Source of the DNA: an uncultured delta proteobacterium
GTDB taxonomy: Bacteria > Desulfobacterota > Desulfomonilia > UBA1062
Length of the DNA: 64,000 nt
Direction of reading: 5' to 3'
NCBI GenBank assembly: GCA_963798485.1
Contig: CAWCTR010000017.1
Coordinates: 160,001-224,000 of the forward strand
In this document: piece by piece, positions 51,989 through 59,679 of the stretch
Layout: every line of letters begins with the position of its first letter
Numbering within the stretch: position 1 is the stretch's first letter
Notes under the pieces: model-generated
What the model saw: the letters and a program-made list of their open reading frames with translations, nothing else
What the model was told of the DNA's origin: nothing
Database searches by the model: none
Translations under genes and position numbers: made by a program

Positions 51989-53191
51989 ATGCAGAGAAAA
52001 AGGATGCTTTATAAAAAAGACCGGATGACAGCCGACGAAAGGCTTGCAAAGGTCATTCAATGCGAAGAGCCTGATCGCGTGCCGGTTTCCATGATGATCT
52101 ATTACTATGCCCCCTACCACACCGGCACCAGCATGGGTGAATACCTGAGAAACCCTGCAACGTACCAGCAGGTGATGCATAAGGTTTATGAAGATCTCGG
52201 CCCATGGGACATCTACTACAACATCAATCCCTACTCACGCCTGGTTTACACCTTCGTGATGATGATGCGTTCGCTCTGGCCGGGAGTTGAACTGCCTTTA
52301 GATGATGTCGTGCAGACGGAGGAAATCGAATATATGCACCCGGAGGATTATGACGAGATCCTAAGAGGTTCATCGCTTAGCGTAAAACTCTGGGGTGACA
52401 TCCTTTTCCGTTTAAAGATGCTCCAACGCTTCAGCCAAGACGCCAAAGGGTACAGCCTTCCGCGATTAACGCTGAAAGTGATTACGGGATTGCTGCATCA
52501 GATTGTCTTCTGCCGGCGCGACTTCAAGTGGTGGGAGAGTCAGGGCCTGGCGGTTCAAATCGGTTATCAGGCTGAAATGCCGTTCGATACCTTTTCTCAG
52601 GGCAGGAATGTCATCAACTTCTCCAAAGACCTGTTCTCGGTGCCTGATAAGATTGGGAAGGCAGCCACCCAGCTTGCTCACGGGTATGCAACGTTTTCGA
52701 TCCTCACGGCAAAGTACCTCATGGGCGTCCCCAGGGTGCAATTGTACCTGCACCGAACATCGAATAGCTTCATCTCGCCACGGCATTTTGAAAACCTGGC
52801 CTTCCCCAGTATGGAGATCATCGTCAACCGACTTGTCGATGCCGGAATCACACCGATCCTGCATTGTGACGGCGACTGGCTGAAGAACCTTAAAATTCTG
52901 CGACGCCTTCCTGCTAAGAAATGTGTCCTGCAGCTTGACGGCCTGACCGATATTTTCCGCGCCAAGGAAGAGATCGGGGATCATATGTGCATTTTTGGTG
53001 ATGTATCCGCCTCACGGCTGGTGATGGGCAGCCCGCAAGAAGTGGATGAATATTGCCACCGCCTGATTGAACAGGTTGGTAAAGGCGGAGGATTCATCTT
53101 GGCCGGTGGTTGTGAAATCCCGGCCAATTCACGTCCGGAAAATCTCAAGGCCATGATAAACTCGGTATATAAATACGGCTACTATCACTGA
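51989..53191 (+). CDS. Uroporphyrinogen decarboxylase/MtaA-family methyltransferase
   Basis: EPDRVP, LHCDG, GDV, GGFILAGGCEIP...PEN. Confidence 0.87.
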   Translation: MQRKRMLYKKDRMTADERLAKVIQCEEPDRVPVSMMIYYYAPYHTGTSMGEYLRNPATYQQVMHKVYEDLGPWDIYYNINPYSRLVYTFVMMMRSLWPGVELPLDDVVQTEEIEYMHPEDYDEILRGSSLSVKLWGDILFRLKMLQRFSQDAKGYSLPRLTLKVITGLLHQIVFCRRDFKWWESQGLAVQIGYQAEMPFDTFSQGRNVINFSKDLFSVPDKIGKAATQLAHGYATFSILTAKYLMGVPRVQLYLHRTSNSFISPRHFENLAFPSMEIIVNRLVDAGITPILHCDGDWLKNLKILRRLPAKKCVLQLDGLTDIFRAKEEIGDHMCIFGDVSASRLVMGSPQEVDEYCHRLIEQVGKGGGFILAGGCEIPANSRPENLKAMINSVYKYGYYH

Positions 53192-53484
53192 CCCCGGCGC
53201 ATGTGGACAGCCGGGCGGGTCAATGGGCTCAGTAAAAATATCTCCTTAAGATCCAAGCACCCCTATAAACGGAAGAGATCATAGATTTCTATAAGGGATC
53301 TCATTGGCTCAAATGATAAAGATCGTTCCACTATATGTACTTTGATATGAGATATCTCCAAGTATAGATTACATCTGAGAACATATATTTTTCGGCCCAT
53401 CTTGAAAGCGATTATTTATCTATGAGATCAATGGTTATTCTTTCAGCAATAGGACTGATGAGTTATCGCAGGAATCATCATAAG

Positions 53485-53545
53485 GTATAACGGGACGCAT
53501 CAGCCTCGCGGGCGGCACGCCCGCGTCCGCCTGAATGGGTTAGCT
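53485..53545 (-). mobile_element. Integron attC site 3 (61 bp, partly degenerate)
   Basis: Minus strand: R'' AGCTAAC, L''-like ATTCAGGC, GC stem CGCGGGCG/CGCCCGCG, R' GTTATAC. R'' complements the cassette start GTTAGCT. Confidence 0.8.
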
Positions 53546-53564
53546 AATCTTCAATGGTTTTTTA

Positions 53565-54167
53565 TTATGAGAGCAAGACTCCTGCAAGTTGAACCAGAAA
53601 AGCTAGTATTAGAAGACCCGGCCCTAGCTTTGATAAGAAAACCTGCCACTTCCCAACTGATTTCTTTTCCTCTTTTGGATTGCCAATCCACGGAATGACT
53701 GGTGCTCCCTTTTCTGTATAAAATTGAATACGTGGTGGATAATAGAACATTAAAGCAGCTGATATTATACCAAGTCCTAATCCGAGCAAGGTTAAAGCCT
53801 TTGATATAGTTATCTGTGAAATTCCAGATACTGAATGGGCTTGAAATTGAGATGGAATTGGTCTTTTTATTTCCAGCCTTTGTTGTAATACAGATTGCTT
53901 TTGAATATTCCAAGGAATTTGATTTGATTTAAATGTATAATTGGATAGTACAAACAGAATGATCATTACAATAATTCCTATAATCGCTGAAATTGCCGCA
54001 ATCTTGCTCCACTTAATAGTTTCTATTATTTGTTCTTTTTCTTTTATTTCTCTTTTTGAGAGTGCTTCTAATGCAGGTTTATGAAAGTGGTGGGGGCTTG
54101 GAAAATTCTTTAAGATTTCTTGTAATTCTGCTTTTGATTTATTTTCAAAATCTGGAGGTTCATTCAT
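53565..54167 (-). CDS. Hypothetical membrane protein (cassette 3, about 53491-54188)
   Basis: AT-rich ORF with 3 hydrophobic segments, between attC2 and attC3; RBS GGAG. Confidence 0.7.
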   Translation of the reverse strand: MNEPPDFENKSKAELQEILKNFPSPHHFHKPALEALSKREIKEKEQIIETIKWSKIAAISAIIGIIVMIILFVLSNYTFKSNQIPWNIQKQSVLQQRLEIKRPIPSQFQAHSVSGISQITISKALTLLGLGLGIISAALMFYYPPRIQFYTEKGAPVIPWIGNPKEEKKSVGKWQVFLSKLGPGLLILAFLVQLAGVLLS

Positions 54168-54182
54168 TAAATTCTCTCCAGA

Positions 54183-54230
54183 AGCTAACGCGCAGGTAAG
54201 CGGCTTGTCCGCTTGACCTGCTGGTTAAGC
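54183..54230 (-). mobile_element. Integron attC site 2 (48 bp)
   Basis: GCTTAAC, 5 nt, GGTCAAGC, GGACAAGCC, GCTTACC, 5 nt, GTTAGCT. Extra C in L''; the gene stop lies in R''. Confidence 0.9.
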
Positions 54231-55112
54231 TTCATGGCTGCCCCTTTGTCCTTTACGAATTGCATTCTTGTATGCTCCGCACTGCTCTTTAATTGGGCAA
54301 GGTGTCGCATAATGAATTGACAAGCAAGTGCCACTATGCCTAGTCAGCGGCAGAACAGGGTCAATTGAGCGCATATAGCCCAACCCAGTGAAAAACCCGC
54401 ACAAGGTTATTGTTGTCTCCAAGGGAAGTGTTGTGTAAAAGAACTCAAAAACATTGTGCTGTAATTGCAAAGTATTTTTGTAGACCTCATTAATGTACTC
54501 TACAAAATCAGCGATGACTAAACAGCGTGCTTCGGTGCCTAAGCCTCTATGCATATACGATACTTTCCCTGTTTTATCGTCCTTACTGCAGCTGCCCAAA
54601 CTACCATGAGTAAACTCGGTTCGATACTTGCGAAGCTGAAGAAACCAATTATCATATGACTCAGCAAATAGCGCATTTAGTTCGACAGGAAAATATTTAC
54701 CGTACTTATTATTTTTAGCCTTCGAAAAAAGTTTGCTCGTTGATTTTTTCTGGACACCTTCTATAGAAGAGTAAACTGCATAAATCACATCTCTAATTCC
54801 GTATAAGGCTGCGTATAACTCGTTTATGCAGCACTCAGCTATTGCAGAGAATTGCCGCGAATATTTGGCATGAGTATGACCTTTCTCATTCATTTCCTTT
54901 CTATCAAAATCAAATCCACCAATTAATTCATTCCCGATTTCTGCTAATACGCGGAATTTATCAAGATGATCAGAGGTAGCACTAATTCCTCTTTTAAATA
55001 TTTTGTTCCCTTCCAATAATGCATACTTAAATTTTCCGAATCTATCGACCGCATCCCATTCCTCAGGCGCGAATACTAGTAAAAAAGCATCATGTCCTGC
55101 TACTTTTTTCAC
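54225..55112 (-). CDS. Hypothetical protein with HEPN-like RxxxxH motif (cassette 2, about 54189-55133)
   Basis: Helical protein with LRKYRTEFTHG and a Cys-rich tail; RBS GAGGAG before a GTG start. Confidence 0.7.
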   Translation of the reverse strand: MKKVAGHDAFLLVFAPEEWDAVDRFGKFKYALLEGNKIFKRGISATSDHLDKFRVLAEIGNELIGGFDFDRKEMNEKGHTHAKYSRQFSAIAECCINELYAALYGIRDVIYAVYSSIEGVQKKSTSKLFSKAKNNKYGKYFPVELNALFAESYDNWFLQLRKYRTEFTHGSLGSCSKDDKTGKVSYMHRGLGTEARCLVIADFVEYINEVYKNTLQLQHNVFEFFYTTLPLETTITLCGFFTGLGYMRSIDPVLPLTRHSGTCLSIHYATPCPIKEQCGAYKNAIRKGQRGSHEA

Positions 55113-55127
55113 AGCACTCCTCTATGG

Positions 55128-55194
55128 ACTTAATTACTATACTGCACTTTTGCAGTATATCACCATTGTTATCCGAAGCACAATTGCAGTATAT
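55128..55194 (-). mobile_element. attI-like site and candidate cassette promoter, copy 2 (4-bp deletion at the junction)
   Basis: 62-bp identity with 27979-28040. Junction reads GTATAGTAA-TTAAGT versus GTATAGTAATACG-TTAGAC in copy 1. Confidence 0.72.
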
Positions 55195-55232
55195 ACGTAT
55201 ATTAAGTGCACGGCAATATGCTGTTAAATTAC

Positions 55233-55351
55233 TTAAACCATAGCTTACGTGCCAGAGGCCACGGTCTGATGTGAAGTGTCTTTCTGCGTATGTTTCAATC
55301 CAAGATCATCGGTTTTTGGACCTTTGGAAAGTGCCAACTTATCGCAGTTAT
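55233..55351. repeat. Non-coding ~118-bp repeat, copy 2
   Basis: Aligns with 28079-28196 and 56650-56765. Confidence 0.8.
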
Positions 55352-55441
55352 CAACGGTTGATAGTAAGAGATTAAGGTCGTTCTTCTACTTCAGATCTAT
55401 AGTATGAGAAAAAATGCTAGGATAATCTTAGAAGTTCTTAT

Positions 55442-55475
55442 AAAAGGGCGGGGAAACATCCCTCGCCCTTTTTTT
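55442..55475. terminator. Bidirectional-type terminator
   Basis: AAAAGGGCGGGG ... CCCTCGCCCTTTTTTT, just after the stop of the 55486 gene. Confidence 0.7.
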
Positions 55476-55485
55476 GAAAACGAAA

Positions 55486-56493
55486 CTACTGTACGGTGAT
55501 TGGAACAAGGGCCTCACTGCCTATCCATAAACCCGATCCGTCAGCTGTGTTGGCTATTGGTATTCCCCCTGTTCCTATGCCTGGTGTTATGATTCCTACC
55601 ATCACTTGATAGCTTCCCGCTGTTACACTATTCGCGGGGATATTACAGGAGGTAGAGGCTGTAGAGATAATAAGAGGTATATCATTAGAAGGATAGATCA
55701 GATTGCCGTCAAGGTCAATAAGTCCGACATAATACGTTGCATTCGTGGTCGGCGCACCGGCTGACCAGGTGACGGTATTAGCGTTGGCAGTCTGCCAAAA
55801 AGCACCTGATGTAGGAGCAGTGATGTTTGGGAATATCGTGTACTGGGTTCCAGTTGCGGTGTAGGTCGTGCTCCCAATGGTCACACTTAGATTGACTGGA
55901 GAACCTGCAGATATTACTATGTATCCTTTATACTTTTGTGAAGTCGAATGATAATCAAGAGTGGTTCCATTTATTGTTACCAAGGCGTTTGTTATTGGTG
56001 TTGTAATTGTACTATCGGTATAGACTTGAACCCCTTGGAGCGCATCCCCGTTATTATCCCCTTGGGCCAAACTCCTTACTATGGCATTGATGTATGGCGC
56101 GGCTGAAGCTGTGGCTGACGGCGTTGCGTTCACCTGGGTCGATGCTGCTGATTCACCAATGGAATTTACCGCAGTTACCACATAGTAGTATGGTGTGCCG
56201 TTGGTCAGCTGTGTCTGAATGTAAGGATTGGTTGCGCTGGCTATTTTGGTGCCGTTGGCCGTAGTCACACCGGTCGTAGTGGACCAGTAAATGTTGTAAG
56301 ACGTTGCGCCTGTTACTGACGTCCAGGCAATAGTTACCTGGTCATTCCCTGGTGTGGCGGTAACACCTGTCGGAGCTGCCGGGGCAGTTGTTGTCGAAGA
56401 AGAACTACCTCCTCCTCCACATCCGACAAAGAGTGTAATGATTGAGAGAACTATGATTGACCGGAAGATGCCCAGTAAGCGAGATGTACCCAT
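55486..56493 (-). CDS. Fibronectin type III lipoprotein
   Basis: Lipobox FVGC-GGGG; APTGVTATPG...W...ATSYNIYW...YYYVVTAVN..GES. Confidence 0.88.
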   Translation of the reverse strand: MGTSRLLGIFRSIIVLSIITLFVGCGGGGSSSSTTTAPAAPTGVTATPGNDQVTIAWTSVTGATSYNIYWSTTTGVTTANGTKIASATNPYIQTQLTNGTPYYYVVTAVNSIGESAASTQVNATPSATASAAPYINAIVRSLAQGDNNGDALQGVQVYTDSTITTPITNALVTINGTTLDYHSTSQKYKGYIVISAGSPVNLSVTIGSTTYTATGTQYTIFPNITAPTSGAFWQTANANTVTWSAGAPTTNATYYVGLIDLDGNLIYPSNDIPLIISTASTSCNIPANSVTAGSYQVMVGIITPGIGTGGIPIANTADGSGLWIGSEALVPITVQ

Positions 56494-56649
56494 AAATTGT
56501 CCCCCTCTAATATAAACTGAAATAGGCTTTCATAGATGCAATGTTTCTTCGATGCTAAAAGCCTTACCCCTCAGAGAAGATGCATATCGTGATAGAGTAA
56601 CCAAATATATTATATAACAATTATATTACCCTCGGTCAAACTGAACTTC

Positions 56650-56765
56650 TTAAACCGTAGATTCCGTGCCATGCTTGATGCTCTGATATAGAGCGCCTTG
56701 CTGCATAGGTTTGAACTTAAGATCAGTTTTCAGCATTCTCAAAACCGTGATGAAATCGCAGGAAT
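56650..56765. repeat. Non-coding ~118-bp repeat, copy 3 (no attI part)
   Basis: Same conserved blocks as copies 1 and 2. Similarity to copy 2 continues through ATCAAC-N-GTTGAT. Confidence 0.75.
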
Positions 56766-56959
56766 CAACAGTTGATCATCAAAGATTGAGACTGCCACTT
56801 TTGGCACAATCTATACTTCCCGTGCTAAAGATGTCATGAACCTGTTTTTATGCTCAATCCATGGGGATACCAGCGCTTTTCGTACACATGGTTACAATTA
56901 TTACCAGTTCCCTGACTATTAAACCTCACAACATATTGATATTACAAAGTCATATTTCC

Positions 56960-56974
56960 TGGCACAGAGGTTGT
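56960..56974 (+). promoter_or_regulatory. Possible sigma-54 promoter
   Basis: TGGCAC-N5-TTGT (one mismatch at -12), with IHF-like ACAAcataTTG upstream. Confidence 0.4.
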
Positions 56975-57149
56975 AAGTTGTTTGGCAATGGTCCAACTAT
57001 TCAAAATTCTTCTGGCAAAAGGTTATCCACTTCATGATGCTGCTTGCAGCATGATCAATACTTTTAGACTAAGTCTGCGAGGCATACCGATTGGTTTATG
57101 GGGAGACACTTATTAATCAATCCTAGGTATTGATGAAAGAAGGTATAGA

Positions 57150-57374
57150 TTGATTACATTGAAGTATTCAACAAATAATGGATTTTTATTTCAGGTTTTA
57201 GAGGATAACCAGCCTATAGGAAGTGTCAGCATTAATACAAGACTGACATGTGACAAATATCTAGCCATGATTCATGGGCAACGAGAGGAAGATTGCAGCG
57301 CAAAGGAATTTGATACCCCTCATGATGCATTGTATTGGTTAGAAAAACGTAGAGTAAAGAGCAAAGGTAGTTAA
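57150..57374 (+). CDS. Small hypothetical protein
   Basis: 74-aa ORF with a TTG start after AGAAGG. Confidence 0.45.
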   Translation: MITLKYSTNNGFLFQVLEDNQPIGSVSINTRLTCDKYLAMIHGQREEDCSAKEFDTPHDALYWLEKRRVKSKGS

Positions 57375-57509
57375 AGATTATCTTACGTAATTTTTCCTAT
57401 ACCGCATCGAGAACTAATGACCTTGCGGGTTTGTCGCATTGGTTTATGACGTGAGCAGCTAATGTTAGTCTTTTATGAGACGTTGGGGGGGAAAAGGAGG
57501 TAATATTTT

Positions 57510-57782
57510 ATGCGTGCCTGGTACATACTTATGGCAACATTCATCACTCTCATGATAGCGATAGTGATCTTACTCGGGGGTCTTGGTGATATTCAAGGGA
57601 ACCATTGGGTAATGCCCTCGCAAATGAATAGTGCTTACGGTGTTCAAGAGGTATCTCGCACAGAAACTTCAGCGTATCCCTGGCAGCTTGATTATGTAAC
57701 CCTTGGGACCAAGGTGGAAATAGCGTATGCCTCCATACCTAATTATTTATTGCCCTGTAACGAAGAACACAGGGTAAGATAG
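57510..57782 (+). CDS. Small hypothetical membrane-anchored protein
   Basis: Perfect RBS AAGGAGGT; N-terminal TM. Confidence 0.6.
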   Translation: MRAWYILMATFITLMIAIVILLGGLGDIQGNHWVMPSQMNSAYGVQEVSRTETSAYPWQLDYVTLGTKVEIAYASIPNYLLPCNEEHRVR

Positions 57783-57902
57783 AAGTTGCTACGATACTTG
57801 GTGATTTTTGATAGAACTGAATAGTCGAGGAACAGGCACTTGGAAAAAGGTGGTTACGACCTCACATAACTACCAACCTACAAAGGCACTAAAAATCTCC
57901 CT

Positions 57903-57931
57903 TGGGGAACTGCAAAGGTTCCCCATTTTTT
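57903..57931 (+). terminator. Rho-independent terminator
   Basis: TGGGGAAC / GTTCCCCA followed by a T tract. Confidence 0.7.
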
Positions 57932-57970
57932 ATCATAAAAGAAAAGGGAGCCATTGAGGAGTACCACCAT

Positions 57971-58033
57971 GTGAACTTCGCACGTCCAGGTCTGTGGAGG
58001 CCCGGGGAGAGTAATCTACCTGGTCTACTCGAC
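57971..58033 (+). mobile_element. Group II intron 3' relic (3' arm of D5 plus D6)
   Basis: GTGAACTTCGCACGTCCAGGTC resembles the D5 3' half. D6 stem CCGGGGAGA-GTAA-TCTACCTGG. Ends CTACTCGAC. Confidence 0.7.
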
Positions 58034-58191
58034 CCATTCTATACTCCAAGTTGAGGTGCGCAACTCTATTGATAGCTTGTGGGGATCGTTCATTTCGTAA
58101 GTGCGATTTTCATATCATCTATCATACATGACCAAGTACCAGAAAAGCTGCAACCAGGTTCCGATCGAGTATTCAATTCACCCCACCGGAC

Positions 58192-58457
58192 TGTAAAATA
58201 ATCCGACACCTACCTGGCGGTACCTCACTAGCACCTCTCTCTCCTGGTATGCATTTCATAACACATCTTAATCAAAGTATATTTGCTGGTAACCTATACA
58301 CTGTGCATATTTATGTTACCTGTATGCAGGTCTCTCCCATCATAGGTTCATAGGGAGCCTGTGTCGAGATATTTTACAATAGCAGCAACCTAATTTTTGG
58401 TGTAATGATATAACCAGTTGAATTATTATCTTAATTTAATTATGGCACTTTATTTGC
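58192..58457 (+). promoter_or_regulatory. Sigma-54 promoter with two TGT-N11-ACA enhancer sites
   Basis: TGTAAAATAATCCGACA (58192) and TGTCGAGATATTTTACA (58362); perfect TGGCAC-N5-TTGC at 58443-58457. Confidence 0.85.
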
Positions 58458-58493
58458 TTAATTTATTGAAGAACTTTGAAAAGGAGTGTACCT

Positions 58494-59126
58494 ATGAAAA
58501 GGGTCACATCAATTTTGATCGGTTTTCTTTTACTCATGGGATTTGTTTCAACAGCTTGGGCAACTCAGTTCGTCACTACGGGTGTAACTGACTGGACATC
58601 TGTTTTAGTCACATACTATGGGAAAACAGAGAGTGCATTCGCTGGTGAGATCGACCTTCTTATTGATGGAAAAGCGAGCTACGGTTATTGTGTTGATTTT
58701 GCTGCTACTACTTATGTTCCTAGCACATACACGGGAAACTTGACCGGGCTGGACGCTGTCTCGAATGGTGCTGGGGCTGAGGCTGCCTGGTTGATGAATA
58801 ATACTGAGGGAACGGGTGCTGATTCATTTGCTGCCGTCCAGTTAGTTATATGGAAACTCTTGTATGGTGATAACTTCAGCTATGATACTCTCTCTGTAGA
58901 TAGCACAATTAATAATCTTTACACGACATACCTCGCCCTTGCTCAGAGCAATTCCTACAGCGGCACGGGCTATTCGGTTGCGTTGTTGCTGAATTCCAGT
59001 AACAATCCTTCTAGTGGCCAAGATCTTCTGGTAAATGCCCCCGCCCCAGTTCCTGAGCCTACCACGATCTTACTGCTGGGCAGCGGCCTGATCGGGCTTG
59101 CCAGTTTCCGTAGAAAGAAGCAGTAG
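58494..59126 (+). CDS. PEP-CTERM sorting domain protein
   Basis: Signal peptide; ends PVPEPTTILLLGSGLIGLASFRRKKQ; RBS AAGGAG. Confidence 0.95.
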   Translation: MKRVTSILIGFLLLMGFVSTAWATQFVTTGVTDWTSVLVTYYGKTESAFAGEIDLLIDGKASYGYCVDFAATTYVPSTYTGNLTGLDAVSNGAGAEAAWLMNNTEGTGADSFAAVQLVIWKLLYGDNFSYDTLSVDSTINNLYTTYLALAQSNSYSGTGYSVALLLNSSNNPSSGQDLLVNAPAPVPEPTTILLLGSGLIGLASFRRKKQ

Positions 59127-59161
59127 TAAAGTTTTTCGACACCAAAACAACGACAAATTCC

Positions 59162-59195
59162 AAGCCCGCCGGTGCATCACCGGTGGGTTGCTTTT
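59162..59195 (+). terminator. Probable terminator
   Basis: CCCGCCGGTG / CACCGGTGGG hairpin followed by Ts. Confidence 0.55.
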
Positions 59196-59679
59196 AAAAA
59201 CCTTGCTCTCTTCGTGGTAACCAGCATTTTGTATAAATGGGTTACGCTCATGCTGCGGCTAGTTCCTAGTGGTGTGCCAGGACTTTTTCTTGCGTTTTTG
59301 CCACTACTAAGCACCTGGCGTACATAGCCGCAACCCATAAGGGCTTTCTGTAACCGGCACGATATAAAAGTACAGATAGCCACGATGGATAAGATATTTT
59401 CTAATCCCGGGATAGTTATCATATCCAAATGATATCTGAATAGAATGACCTGTCTTGTGAAAGTCCAGATATTAATACGTATGTATTAAAAGTGCTATCA
59501 ATAGATAAGAAGAACTGGAAAGTCCGAAAACATCTAAATTGAACAAGTTGTATGATAATATTTTAACTACTGCTGCTTCATTCTAAGATCAGATCTCAAC
59601 TATAACAATTCATGTGTATATTCAGTTGCAAAAAAATCGGTTTCGTTTTGGATGTCAAGCCGCCTGGACCGAGGTAGTG

